Origin: a virus
Lineage: Duplodnaviria > Caudoviricetes
DNA: 64,000 bases
Strand: one strand, 5' to 3'
IMG/VR virus record: IMGVR_UViG_3300028591_005215
Coordinates: 64,001-128,000 of that record
Shown here: piece after piece, positions 17,359-27,868 of the stretch
How the letters are laid out: each line of letters starts with the position of its first letter
Position numbering within the stretch: position 1 is the stretch's first letter
Position numbers and translations under genes: made by a program
The notes under the pieces: generated by a model
Told to the model about the DNA's origin: nothing
The model's database searches: none
Seen by the model: the letters and a program-made list of their open reading frames with translations, nothing else

Positions 17359-19455
17359 ATGAAAAAAATTATAATATCTGAAGAAAAATTAACATCACTA
17401 AAGAATTTTATGGATGAAAAGTTACCTGATTATGTATATCAGTCAGTTAAAACTCATAATACTTCTTTAGGTGAAAGTCCATGCTTCCCGCCTTCATCAG
17501 ATTATGATTTTGATTATAAGCTTCTTAAACAAAGATATTCTGAATTAATTGAGAATATGAAAGAATATGAATTACCTTTAGATGATATTGAAGCCGAAAA
17601 TTTGTTATATAAATTGACAACAAAAGCAATGTCAATTGAAAGAGGTATTAGACCTCATTTAAATAAGTTAGTTGAAAATGTTATTAACAAATTATTTGCT
17701 GTACCTCAGGAAACAATTAATTTAACTTGTGAGTTAACTGATAACGTAGCCCCACAAAAATCAATAAGGGTAATTCCTGAAGATGGCAGCGATAATGATG
17801 AATATACATTTAACGATGTAGATGAAATTTCGCAAGTTAATGATATTGTAAAACAAAGAAGGTTTATTAATTCATTGATACAAGGTTATTCTGTTATAGA
17901 ATCCGAAAACGATGAGAACTACGCTGATTTTTTTATAAGCCACGGATTGGAAAATTTACTTGATTTGTATGCAAAGATTAATACGCTGAATGATTATTTA
18001 ATTTTCACAAAGGAAGAAAAAATAGATAAAAAAAATCCAACATTAGTATCATATGTAGAAGTGCATTTAGGACATGGGGATAATAAAACTGTTATCAAAT
18101 CACAGGGTATAATATTCCCTTATCTTTTAAAGGAGACAATACGTGGATTTATGGAATTATTTTCTTCACATGGCTTACCTGAAGATAATCATAAAGCGCA
18201 AGCAATTATTAAACGTTCAGATTTTACAATGGCTGAACCTTGGGATATAAGATTGGGTGTTCCATTGTGGAATAAAATGTTTGGCAAATATCATATTCTA
18301 TCAAATATGATTCCTTATTTCTTTGCACAATATTGCTCTGAAGAAAAAGATACATTCTTCGATATAACAAAAAACATATTAGCTAATACAAGAAAAGGGA
18401 AAGAATATTTATTAAGTTCTACGGAAAATATAGAACATGATATGCAATATCAAGAATTCTTAGATAGTATATCACAAAAAAATGTTGATAATTCTCTAAT
18501 CAGTGATGGGTATATGACTGCTGATGAATTAGATAGTTACACTATTTCAGAAGAAGGCAACATCGAAGAAAATCAAGAAAACGAATATAATGATTCTTAT
18601 CATTTATCACCTTTAAAAAATCATTTGACGAATGATGATGGAATGGAAAATGTGAAAGGCTTCTATAACAACGCTGGCATGTTTGTTGATAATTACTTTA
18701 AGTATGCTGTTGATGTTAAAGACCGTGAAAAATTAAACAGTGGCAGCTTAGACTTTGAAGAGACTATTGGAATTCTTAAAAAATACCCAGAAGTGTTAAA
18801 AGCTTTTATCGAAAAATGTAATAGGTTAGCGATAGAAAGAAATGTAACAAATACATTGTTAGATTACAATAGAAATATAGACATTAATAAAGAATGGCTC
18901 ATTCATTTTACACCTGTGCCAGCTGATATTGCATTAAACGGCTTTGCTAAAGGAACATCAGATTATACTGATTTAGGAATAACGCATGGTTCATTTAAAA
19001 GAGAGGAAGGGTATAATTTTGCATTTACTGCTGATAATGCTAACGAAGAATATGCAAGGTATTATTGCGGTGATAATACGGATAATTGGGGAGCTGTTAT
19101 GTTTAAAGCAAATGGTGTAGAAGCATACCATGGTGGTGACAACCAATACCAAGTAATGTTCTGGGGACCATCGGCACGTGATATTGTCCCAATTTATTAT
19201 GGCGATATAAGTTATGATATTAATATGGACTATGAGGATGATTATTATGACACAAGAGGTAGTGCCGAAGATTGTTGGTATGTAATGGATGACAGGTCAC
19301 AACAGATTTATTACTCAAATGAATCATTGAAAGCTGTTGTTGAATGGGTTGAAAATAATTATTTTCAATATAAAGATAGATTAAATAATTACACTCACGC
19401 AAAATCCGACTATGTTAAGAAAAAGATGAATAATAATCAATGGCATACTTTTTAA
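17359..19455 (+). CDS. Two-domain hypothetical protein with MKKIIISE leader
   Basis: 698 aa; acidic linker ISEEGNIEENQE separates the domains; C-domain has HFT...NFAF...QYQV. Confidence 0.7.
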   Translation: MKKIIISEEKLTSLKNFMDEKLPDYVYQSVKTHNTSLGESPCFPPSSDYDFDYKLLKQRYSELIENMKEYELPLDDIEAENLLYKLTTKAMSIERGIRPHLNKLVENVINKLFAVPQETINLTCELTDNVAPQKSIRVIPEDGSDNDEYTFNDVDEISQVNDIVKQRRFINSLIQGYSVIESENDENYADFFISHGLENLLDLYAKINTLNDYLIFTKEEKIDKKNPTLVSYVEVHLGHGDNKTVIKSQGIIFPYLLKETIRGFMELFSSHGLPEDNHKAQAIIKRSDFTMAEPWDIRLGVPLWNKMFGKYHILSNMIPYFFAQYCSEEKDTFFDITKNILANTRKGKEYLLSSTENIEHDMQYQEFLDSISQKNVDNSLISDGYMTADELDSYTISEEGNIEENQENEYNDSYHLSPLKNHLTNDDGMENVKGFYNNAGMFVDNYFKYAVDVKDREKLNSGSLDFEETIGILKKYPEVLKAFIEKCNRLAIERNVTNTLLDYNRNIDINKEWLIHFTPVPADIALNGFAKGTSDYTDLGITHGSFKREEGYNFAFTADNANEEYARYYCGDNTDNWGAVMFKANGVEAYHGGDNQYQVMFWGPSARDIVPIYYGDISYDINMDYEDDYYDTRGSAEDCWYVMDDRSQQIYYSNESLKAVVEWVENNYFQYKDRLNNYTHAKSDYVKKKMNNNQWHTF

Positions 19456-19503
19456 AAAAATATTTTTTTATATATATTTGTTAAAATATGTAAATTTGTC
19501 ATA

Positions 19504-20448
19504 ATGAAAAAATTAACAAAAGACGATATAGTAAAAAAAGCTAATATTATTTTTAATAATGTTTATGATTATTCTTTATTCATTAAAAATGACGTAGAAT
19601 ATACAGGTAATGCAACGAAAATGCCAATTATTTGCAAGAAACATGGCGTATTTTATAAAACCGTAAACAAACATCTTTGTGGACAAGGATGTCCAAAATG
19701 CTCATCAGAAAAAAATTCAGTGAATAAAACATTAACAACTGAAGAATTTATAAAAAGAGCCAAAGAAGTGCATGGTGATAAATATTCATACGAAAAAACT
19801 AAATATGTGGATGCTTTAACACCTGTCACAATAACTTGTAAAATACATGGCGATTTTGAGCAAATACCACATTATCATTTATCTGGTAATGGATGCCAAA
19901 AATGTGGCTTGGAAAGCAGAGCTAAAAAAAGAGTAAAACCTTTGAAACAGTTCATCAGTGATGCCAAAGAAAAGCATGGTGATAAATATGATTATTCTAA
20001 TGTAGTATATAGAAACGAAAAATCTGTTATAAAAATAAAATGCCCTATACATGGTGAATTCGAGCAAATAGCGGATAACCATGTGAGAGGGCAAGGGTGT
20101 CCTAAATGTAATTCTTCTTCTTTAGAAAATGAGATAAGAACTTTATTAACAGAATCAAAAATCTCTTTTGAAGAACAAAAGAGGTTTAGCTGGATGGGTT
20201 TACAAAGGATTGATTTTTATTTGAGCGATTACAACATTGCTATAGAATGTCAAGGCAAACAGCATTATTACCCTATAGATTTTTTTGGTGGGATAGATGA
20301 TTTTATACATAGGAAAGAACTTGATGAAAATAAGAAAAAGTTATGTAAACAAAATGGTGTAAAATTATTATATTATTCAGATAAAAAGTATTCATATGAT
20401 GTCATTGATGATAAAAATAAATTGTTAGAAGAAATTATGAAAACATGA
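19504..20448 (+). CDS. Putative homing endonuclease (Zn-ribbon repeats plus PD-D/ExK)
   Basis: Three CxxHGxF...H..G.GCxxC repeats; DFYL...IAIECQGKQHY. Confidence 0.75.
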   Translation: MKKLTKDDIVKKANIIFNNVYDYSLFIKNDVEYTGNATKMPIICKKHGVFYKTVNKHLCGQGCPKCSSEKNSVNKTLTTEEFIKRAKEVHGDKYSYEKTKYVDALTPVTITCKIHGDFEQIPHYHLSGNGCQKCGLESRAKKRVKPLKQFISDAKEKHGDKYDYSNVVYRNEKSVIKIKCPIHGEFEQIADNHVRGQGCPKCNSSSLENEIRTLLTESKISFEEQKRFSWMGLQRIDFYLSDYNIAIECQGKQHYYPIDFFGGIDDFIHRKELDENKKKLCKQNGVKLLYYSDKKYSYDVIDDKNKLLEEIMKT

Positions 20449-23400
20449 TAATTGACCCTAATGAAATGGCTGCTGAATATATAAAGTCATTTCAAGATAA
20501 ATCAAGAATTTATTTCATTGAAAAATATTTGAGCACTTTCAATGCCACTAAAGGAAAGAAAACGCAATTTCATTGTTTTCCAAGGCAGAAAGTGTTCTTA
20601 CAAACATTGGCAAAGGTAAGAAATATTGTTTCTATTAAACCACGTCAGTGTGGTATAACAACGCTTACCAGTGCGTGGGCTACAGCTCAGTGTGTTTTTG
20701 CTTCAGAAGATGCTCCTGAAACAATTCTTTGCGTTGGTAACAAACTTGACCTTGCCAATCAGTTAATTACTAAAATGAGGGACTTTTTAACACAAGTTCC
20801 TCGTTGGTATTGGGGTGATGATTATTATTCACCTGACCCTAAATCTGATAAAAACACAAAATCTATATTTGTTAAAGATAGTAAATCAGAACTTGAATTA
20901 TTTAATGGGTGTCATATAATTGCTCGTTCTTCAGGTGAAAATGCAGCCCGTGGTATTTCTGCCGTATCTATATTGATACTTGATGAGGCAGGGTTTATTG
21001 AAAATGGTAAAGCTGTATATGCTACTTGTGCTGCGTGTATGGCATCTAACCCTAATTCAAAGACTGTAATGGTATCAACACCTAATGGTCATGATGAACT
21101 TTATTACAACACATATAAGCAAGCTTTAGCTCACGAAAACAACTTTACTGCCGTACAGTTTAGATGGTATCAAGACCCTCGTTATAACAAAAATCTTAAG
21201 TGGTTTAAGAAAAACGAAGAAACAGGTGAATTAAAGTGGTTTGTTGAAGATTTAGTTGATGAAGAAGGCTCTGTAAAATATGATGAAGAACATTGGGAAG
21301 AAATGATTCAAAAAGGTTGGACGCCACGTTCACCTTGGTATGAAGAAATGTGTAAATCATTTAACAACGATTCAATGAAAATTGCTCAGGAGTTGGATGT
21401 GTCATTCCAAGGTTCTGCCAATAACGTTGTTGCACCTGAATTTATCGAACAGCAAAACAATCTTAATGTTCGTGAACCGTTGGAAGATTTTAAAGACCCT
21501 ATGAATGAAGATACTTGGTTTTGGAAAAAGCCTATTGATGGGCATAGGTATATAATTGGCTGTTTACCTACAGGTGATAAAGTTTTAACTAAAGATGGTA
21601 TTAAAAAAGTTGAAGATGTAAATGAAAATGATTTACTTATTACTAAAGAGGGTGAAAAATCTAAGATTAAAACGTTTTACAAGAGAGAAGTATCAAACGA
21701 AAAAATGATTTCAATTAAACTATATGGGGATTGTGAAAAATATAATTTCACTTGGAATCATCCTATATATGCTTCTTGCAACACTAAATTAAAACGTAGT
21801 TTCAAAAAAAATAGTGATAATAAAAGATATTGGGATTTTAAATTCGACTTTGTAAATGCTGAAAACCTTTCTAAAGGCGATTGGGTGCAAATGCCAAACA
21901 TTTATGCTAATAACATTTTGAGTGATGATGAAATATTAAGCAAATGGGAAGGCTATGAACCAAAAGGCAAAGGCAATAAATTGTTTGATAACCCACTTTT
22001 AGAAAAAGATTTTTGGTGGTATTGTGGAATGTGGTTGGCTGAAGGTTCAGTTGTTGTGGATAAATCTGGGCATAATACTGTTATGACTGCACACAATATT
22101 AATGAAAAAGAATACCATTTAAAGATAAAAGAGTTTGCAAAAACAAAATTAAATCGTGATGCAACTATTTTAGATAGAGAAAAATATAATTCAACTGAAG
22201 TTATTTTTGGTTCTAAATCTATTGGTGAATTTTTAACTGATAATTTTGGTAAAGGGGCACGTTTTAAATTTATTAAAGAATGGATTAAATATTTGCCTAA
22301 AGAATATAAAATAGAATTAATCAGAGGATATTTTCAAGGCGATGGCTGCGCTTATGGAAAAAATGAAAAAGTTTCGTTTACAAGTGCTTCGCATCAATTA
22401 CTACAAGATGTACAAACATTACTATTGTCACTTGGGATTTTTTCTTCAATAAAAAAGCATAATGGGGAATTTGAAGGGGAAATTTGTGGCAGAAAATGTA
22501 TGCTCCATGATAAATTTTATCTTGAAATTGGTCTTTATGATAGTAAAAAGTTTTTAGACTTATTAGGTATTGAAAATTCAATAGAAATAAACAATAGAAG
22601 GACAATTGCTTATTCATTATTTAGTGAAGACCTTTCAACTATTTACTTTAGAATTTCTGAAATTGAAGTATGGTATTATGATGGATTCGTTTATAATTTT
22701 GAAACAGAAAATGCTTCACACACTTATTGCACCAATCGTTTTGTAACGCATAATTGTGACCCCTCCAGGGGCGTGTCAGCCGATAGGACTGCTATAGAAA
22801 TAATTGATATGGATGGTAGGGACGAAAATGGTATGCCAATCATAGAACAAGTTGGTGAATATGTAGGCAAAAAATTAGGTGATGATATTGGTGGCATGGT
22901 TTATCAATATGCTAAACTTTATAATGAAGCCTATGTTGTGGTCGATTGTACAGGTGGACAAGGTGATGCATTAATTCTTACGATGATTCAGTTAGGATAT
23001 AAGAACTTTTATTATGAAGATGCTAATCAGAAAACTTATACTATACAAAATCAATCAAATAAGCCAATGAATTTTTCTGATAGATTACCTGGATTCCATT
23101 TCCAAGGAAACAGATATCCTGTACTTGCAAGTTTTGCAGGTATGGTACGTTCAAATGAGTTTAAAATACGTTCTAATAGGGTTACTAATGAATTGGATAC
23201 ATGGATTTTTGAAGGTGAAACAGGTAGAATGAATCACCAAGATGGGGCACATGATGATACTATTTGTTCTTTAGCAATGGCTTTATTTGTCATGAAGTAT
23301 ACTTACAATAGACTTGAAGAAGCTAAGCATAAAGACCAATCTATTCTTAATGCTTATATGATGGGTGGGACTATGAATATGAATAAACCAATGGTTTCAG

Positions 23401-23522
23401 AAGGAAAACCTATTACACCTAACAATGGCTTGCCATTTTACAATGAAAGAACTATAAGAAGAACTAATAACGGCTTGAATAACATGGGAAGCTATTTATG
23501 GCTGTTCGCAGGATATAAGTAA
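20445..23522 (+). CDS. terL: Terminase large subunit (gp17-like) with intein
   Basis: KPRQCGIT, ILDEAGF, VSTPNG, QELD, G|CDPSRG RNase H Asp, HDD. Confidence 0.93.
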   Translation: MIIDPNEMAAEYIKSFQDKSRIYFIEKYLSTFNATKGKKTQFHCFPRQKVFLQTLAKVRNIVSIKPRQCGITTLTSAWATAQCVFASEDAPETILCVGNKLDLANQLITKMRDFLTQVPRWYWGDDYYSPDPKSDKNTKSIFVKDSKSELELFNGCHIIARSSGENAARGISAVSILILDEAGFIENGKAVYATCAACMASNPNSKTVMVSTPNGHDELYYNTYKQALAHENNFTAVQFRWYQDPRYNKNLKWFKKNEETGELKWFVEDLVDEEGSVKYDEEHWEEMIQKGWTPRSPWYEEMCKSFNNDSMKIAQELDVSFQGSANNVVAPEFIEQQNNLNVREPLEDFKDPMNEDTWFWKKPIDGHRYIIGCLPTGDKVLTKDGIKKVEDVNENDLLITKEGEKSKIKTFYKREVSNEKMISIKLYGDCEKYNFTWNHPIYASCNTKLKRSFKKNSDNKRYWDFKFDFVNAENLSKGDWVQMPNIYANNILSDDEILSKWEGYEPKGKGNKLFDNPLLEKDFWWYCGMWLAEGSVVVDKSGHNTVMTAHNINEKEYHLKIKEFAKTKLNRDATILDREKYNSTEVIFGSKSIGEFLTDNFGKGARFKFIKEWIKYLPKEYKIELIRGYFQGDGCAYGKNEKVSFTSASHQLLQDVQTLLLSLGIFSSIKKHNGEFEGEICGRKCMLHDKFYLEIGLYDSKKFLDLLGIENSIEINNRRTIAYSLFSEDLSTIYFRISEIEVWYYDGFVYNFETENASHTYCTNRFVTHNCDPSRGVSADRTAIEIIDMDGRDENGMPIIEQVGEYVGKKLGDDIGGMVYQYAKLYNEAYVVVDCTGGQGDALILTMIQLGYKNFYYEDANQKTYTIQNQSNKPMNFSDRLPGFHFQGNRYPVLASFAGMVRSNEFKIRSNRVTNELDTWIFEGETGRMNHQDGAHDDTICSLAMALFVMKYTYNRLEEAKHKDQSILNAYMMGGTMNMNKPMVSEGKPITPNNGLPFYNERTIRRTNNGLNNMGSYLWLFAGYK
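21561..22754 (+). mobile_element. LAGLIDADG intein (398 aa) in the terminase
   Basis: CLPTG start, TWNH block B, GMWLAEG and RGYFQGDG motifs, VTHN|C end. Confidence 0.92.
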
Positions 23523-23532
23523 TGAATAAGGC

Positions 23533-23563
23533 GGTGATGATATATATCATCACCTTATTTTTT
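23533..23563. terminator. Intrinsic terminator between convergent genes
   Basis: GGTGATGATA/TATCATCACC stem followed by a T tract. Confidence 0.75.
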
Positions 23564-24376
23564 TTATGGATTAATATAATTCAATAAGTCATTTATATCT
23601 AATATAGTATTTTTGGAATTATATAAAAACTTAAATAATTTGTATTTTGGGCTTGTATAGTACAGCAGCCTAACTCCATTTTCAAGACATTTTTTTTGCT
23701 TTAATTCATCTAACTTTAAACGCTTAACAAATCCTTCTACGCCACCAAAGTGGTCAACAGATTTAAAGTGCTGCTCTCCTTGGCATTCTATAGCTATATT
23801 ATATTTTGGTAAATAAAAATCTAACGATTGAGGTTTTAACCAATCAAACTTTTTTTGATATACATACTCTATTGATAAATCCTGTAGTTTATCTTTAATT
23901 TCTCTTTCAAGCGTACTCTCATTGCATAAAGGGCATCCGTGCCCTCTAAGATGCTCTGATGGAAGTTGGTAGAATTCACCATGCTTTGTACCATTACAAT
24001 ACGGACACCCACATCCATTAAGGTGTGAATTCGGCTTTTGCAAAAAGCTATTGCCGCATTTTTTGCAAGTTATAATTACTTTAGCCCTTGCATTTACATA
24101 ATTGACTTTATCATAATCATATGCATCGCCATGTTTTTCTTTAGCCTTTTTAATAAATTCTTCAGTTGAAGAACTTTTTAAAGCATCTGCGCATTTCTTG
24201 CACCCATAGCCCTGTAAATGAGAATTCGGTAAAACATAAAATTCTCCGTGTTCTGGACATATTATGCATACCTTAGTCCTTGCATTGATATAATTAGTTT
24301 TTGAGTAGTTATACTTGTTCGAATGAATTATATTAGACCTTTCTATAAACTCTTCAGTTGTTAATCTTTTAGTCAT
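23564..24376 (-). CDS. Putative homing endonuclease (Zn-ribbon repeats plus PD-D/ExK)
   Basis: CPEHGEF repeats; LDFYLPKYNIAIECQGEQHF. Confidence 0.75.
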   Translation of the reverse strand: MTKRLTTEEFIERSNIIHSNKYNYSKTNYINARTKVCIICPEHGEFYVLPNSHLQGYGCKKCADALKSSSTEEFIKKAKEKHGDAYDYDKVNYVNARAKVIITCKKCGNSFLQKPNSHLNGCGCPYCNGTKHGEFYQLPSEHLRGHGCPLCNESTLEREIKDKLQDLSIEYVYQKKFDWLKPQSLDFYLPKYNIAIECQGEQHFKSVDHFGGVEGFVKRLKLDELKQKKCLENGVRLLYYTSPKYKLFKFLYNSKNTILDINDLLNYINP

Positions 24377-24468
24377 AGTGTAAATATATATAAAATATAT
24401 TAAAATACATAATAAAGATATTTATTTAAATGAAAATATTCATATAATTTAATTATTAATATTAAAAA

Positions 24469-27400
24469 ATGGCAAGAAATCATACTATATTCCAAAATCT
24501 TGATAAAGCTTTTAGTGGTAATTGGAATGCTGAAGCATCTGCACCGCATATTAACTCATATGATATGTCAACTGCTGATAAAGGAATTCTATATAGAACT
24601 ACCAATAAGGCTGATTATGAAGAAAAGAAACTTGAATTACAGCAAAATAATTATCTTAAAGAAAGATGGATTAAGGCTAATGTAGACCTGTCAGTAACAG
24701 CATATTCAGGACTCAATAATGTAAAACTAATGTATCGTGATTGCGACCTTATGGACTCCTTCCCTGAAATTGGCGCTGCATTAGATATTGTGTCTGAAGA
24801 ATCTACATGTTTAGATGCTAAAGGTCAAATTGTAACTGTATCATCTAAATCTGACAGAATCAAATCAATTCTTGAAGATTTGTTTGTGAATAGGTTAAAT
24901 TTACAGGTAACTGCACCTATGGTTATTAGGGCTATGTGTAAATATGGCAATCAGTTTATGCTGCTTGATATTGACAATAAGCTTGGTGTTAAGGGTTGGA
25001 AACAATTACCAGTGTTTAACGTTGAACGTATTGAAAATGGAGTTATGAATCCTTATGGAACAGGTGTATCTATGGCAGTATCTACGCAATCAGATTCAAG
25101 CAAGATTGACACTTCCACAAAATTCGTTTGGCTTGACGAAAGTAATTCACAAGTACCATTTAGAAATTGGCAAATAGCACACTTTAGATTGATGACAAAT
25201 TCAATTTATTTGCCCTATGGGTCCAGTTTTCTTAATTCTGCTAGAAGACACTGGAGAATGCTTTCCTTAATGGAGGATATGATGCTTATATATCGTTTGG
25301 AACGTTCTATTGAAAGACGTGTATATAAGATTTATGTAGGTGCTATTGATGATGCTGACGTACAGGCATATGTTGAAAATATTGCTAATAATTTCAAACG
25401 TACACCTATTATTGACCCAATGACAGGACAAATAGATTTAAGGAAAAATATCCTACCTGTGCATAAGGACACGCCAATTCCATTGTTGGATGGTAGAACA
25501 ATTACAATAGAGCAATTGTCTAAGGAATTCAATGAGGGAAAGGAAAATTATGTATATTCAATACAAGACAAAACATTAAAAATAGTCCCAGGGAAAGTAG
25601 TGTGGTGTGGAAAGAATTACACTGCTGAAAAACTCATTAGAATAACATTAGATGATGGGTCTCATTTTGATTTGGCAGCAGAACATGAGTTAATCATGAG
25701 GGATGGAACAAAGAAACGTGCTGATGAAGTATCAGTTGGGGAGTCAGTAATGCCTTTTTATCGTAAGGTTGACAAAGATAGCAAGAAACTTTTTGATAGA
25801 TATGAGAAAGTATTTAATCCGAATAGCGGTAAGTATGAGTTTACCCATAGAATTATTGCTGAGACAGTAGAAAAGGAAAATGACTTATATAATACAGTTC
25901 ATCATAAGGATTTTAATAAGTATAATAATTCACCATGCAATTTGATATGGATGGATTATCATGAACATCATAAGATGCATGGCGACTTGGCAAGAAACAA
26001 TTGGAAAGACCCAATAAAGAGAAAACGTCATATAGAAAATTTGTCAATGGCTTGTCGTGGCAGAATTATAACTGAAGAGACTAAGGATAAAATATCAAAA
26101 GCAATAAAGTCAAAGTATGAAAGCGGTGAATTTGATTTCGTTAAAGAAATTTCTAAAAAACATATAATTGGGTTTAACAAGTCTGAAAAAGCTATAGAGT
26201 GTAGAAGAAAACAAGGTATAAAGTTTGGGTATAGAGAAGAATTTAAGGTTTATAATGAGTCTGAATTACATAAACAACACGATGAAATACGTAAGGTTGC
26301 TACAGCTAAAAGTTGGGAAGGCAATGGAAGAACAAATAGGGTTCAAAAGATGAATATTCATTTCGATGATTTTATTTGGGACTCATTAAGGGATAATATA
26401 CTTCGCAAAAAGATTGATAGCCGTAAAACAATGCTTGAGTACATTAATAATAATTTGATTGACCATTTGATAGAAATAAATGACAACAAAAGATTAGAAA
26501 ACAATCATTTCATATCTAGAGAAGTATTAGAAAATAGAATTAGGGAACGTGGCTTCTGTACCATTACTGAATACGTTAAATCTATGCTAAAGAATCACAA
26601 AATAGTTAAAATTGAGACAATAGAAGGTGATGACGTATATTGTATGACTGTTGTTGGGCAAAATGGCGAAGAGGATAGGCATAATTTTGCAATTCGTTCG
26701 CTTAAAGGTGATGGTTCATTAAATGAAAGTGGTGTATTTGTGTCAAACTGCTGCGACCAAGATATCTTCATCCCTGTGCGTGACCAAAATGCACCAACAC
26801 CTATTGATACATTGTCTGCTGCGCAAAACTTGACTGCAATGGATGACATCAAGTTTGTACAGAATAAGGTTTGCACTGCGTTAAGAATTCCTAAGACATT
26901 TTTGAACTTTGAAGAAGCACAAGGGGATGGTAAGAACTTGGCACTTGAAGATATTAGATTCACAAGAACTGTTAATAAGATTCAGCAAGCATTTTTGATG
27001 GAATTAACTAAAGTTGCTTCGATTCATTTGTATTTGCTAGGATTTACTGATGATTTAACAAACTTTAGCTTGTCAATGACAAATCCATCTACACAGGCAG
27101 AACAACTTGAAATTGATAATATTCAGAAAAAGATTAGTGCTGCGAGAGACGCTATATCTGACCCAGGTAATGGCATACCTATAATGTCACAAACAAGGGC
27201 ATTGAAAGAAATTATGAAATGGTCTGACAAAGATATTAAAGACAACCTTGAAGAAATTCGTCTTGAAAAGGCAATTGCTGCTGAACTTGAAAAAACATCT
27301 CAAATCATTAAACGTACAGGCGTATTTGATACAGTTGACAGAATGTATGGCGAGCCAGGTGCTGAATATCAGGATGATGTACAGCAACAAGGTGATGATG

Positions 27401-27849
27401 GCATGGGTGGCGGCCTTGGAGGAGGTGGCGGTATGCCATCTGGAGGTGGCGACTTCGGTTCTGAATTAGATTCACTTGGTGCACCTGGTGCTGAAGATGA
27501 AGGTGAAATTGCAGGTAATGAAGGCTCTGAACCAACTATGGATATGGGTGGTGGAACTGATGACGTAGGTGCTGCACCTCCTATGGAAGGTGCTAATAAA
27601 TATAAGCCACTTATTAACGAAGTTAAAAAAGTGAAATATCGTGCCCCTGTAAAGCATAATGAAGCAAAGGTTGATTTATTGTTTGCACAATATTTTAAAC
27701 ACCTTAATGAAGATGAAAAAAAGAGGAAAGATGAAGCAAGAATAGAAAGAACTACTATCTATGATAAATCACTTATGATTAATGAAGAATTTAATAGGAT
27801 GATAGCAAATCTTGATAATAAGTTAAACGAAAAAAAAGAAGGGGATTAA
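24469..27849 (+). CDS. Portal protein (gp20-like) with intein
   Basis: PEIGAALDIVSEE, LMEDMMLIYR..R..ERRVYKIYVG, DQDIFIPVR, ALRIP, EDIRF. Confidence 0.92.
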   Translation: MARNHTIFQNLDKAFSGNWNAEASAPHINSYDMSTADKGILYRTTNKADYEEKKLELQQNNYLKERWIKANVDLSVTAYSGLNNVKLMYRDCDLMDSFPEIGAALDIVSEESTCLDAKGQIVTVSSKSDRIKSILEDLFVNRLNLQVTAPMVIRAMCKYGNQFMLLDIDNKLGVKGWKQLPVFNVERIENGVMNPYGTGVSMAVSTQSDSSKIDTSTKFVWLDESNSQVPFRNWQIAHFRLMTNSIYLPYGSSFLNSARRHWRMLSLMEDMMLIYRLERSIERRVYKIYVGAIDDADVQAYVENIANNFKRTPIIDPMTGQIDLRKNILPVHKDTPIPLLDGRTITIEQLSKEFNEGKENYVYSIQDKTLKIVPGKVVWCGKNYTAEKLIRITLDDGSHFDLAAEHELIMRDGTKKRADEVSVGESVMPFYRKVDKDSKKLFDRYEKVFNPNSGKYEFTHRIIAETVEKENDLYNTVHHKDFNKYNNSPCNLIWMDYHEHHKMHGDLARNNWKDPIKRKRHIENLSMACRGRIITEETKDKISKAIKSKYESGEFDFVKEISKKHIIGFNKSEKAIECRRKQGIKFGYREEFKVYNESELHKQHDEIRKVATAKSWEGNGRTNRVQKMNIHFDDFIWDSLRDNILRKKIDSRKTMLEYINNNLIDHLIEINDNKRLENNHFISREVLENRIRERGFCTITEYVKSMLKNHKIVKIETIEGDDVYCMTVVGQNGEEDRHNFAIRSLKGDGSLNESGVFVSNCCDQDIFIPVRDQNAPTPIDTLSAAQNLTAMDDIKFVQNKVCTALRIPKTFLNFEEAQGDGKNLALEDIRFTRTVNKIQQAFLMELTKVASIHLYLLGFTDDLTNFSLSMTNPSTQAEQLEIDNIQKKISAARDAISDPGNGIPIMSQTRALKEIMKWSDKDIKDNLEEIRLEKAIAAELEKTSQIIKRTGVFDTVDRMYGEPGAEYQDDVQQQGDDGMGGGLGGGGGMPSGGGDFGSELDSLGAPGAEDEGEIAGNEGSEPTMDMGGGTDDVGAAPPMEGANKYKPLINEVKKVKYRAPVKHNEAKVDLLFAQYFKHLNEDEKKRKDEARIERTTIYDKSLMINEEFNRMIANLDNKLNEKKEGD
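25456..26748 (+). mobile_element. HNH-containing intein (431 aa), Pro-1, class-3-like
   Basis: PVHKDTPIPLLDG start, AAEH block B, VHHKDFNKYNN HNH, VYCMTV block F, VFVSN|C end. Confidence 0.85.
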
Positions 27850-27868
27850 TTAATCCCCTTCTTTTTTT
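27831..27868. terminator. 38-bp perfect palindrome / bidirectional terminator formed by the ends of two genes
   Basis: AAAAAAAGAAGGGGATTAA|TTAATCCCCTTCTTTTTTT. Confidence 0.85.
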
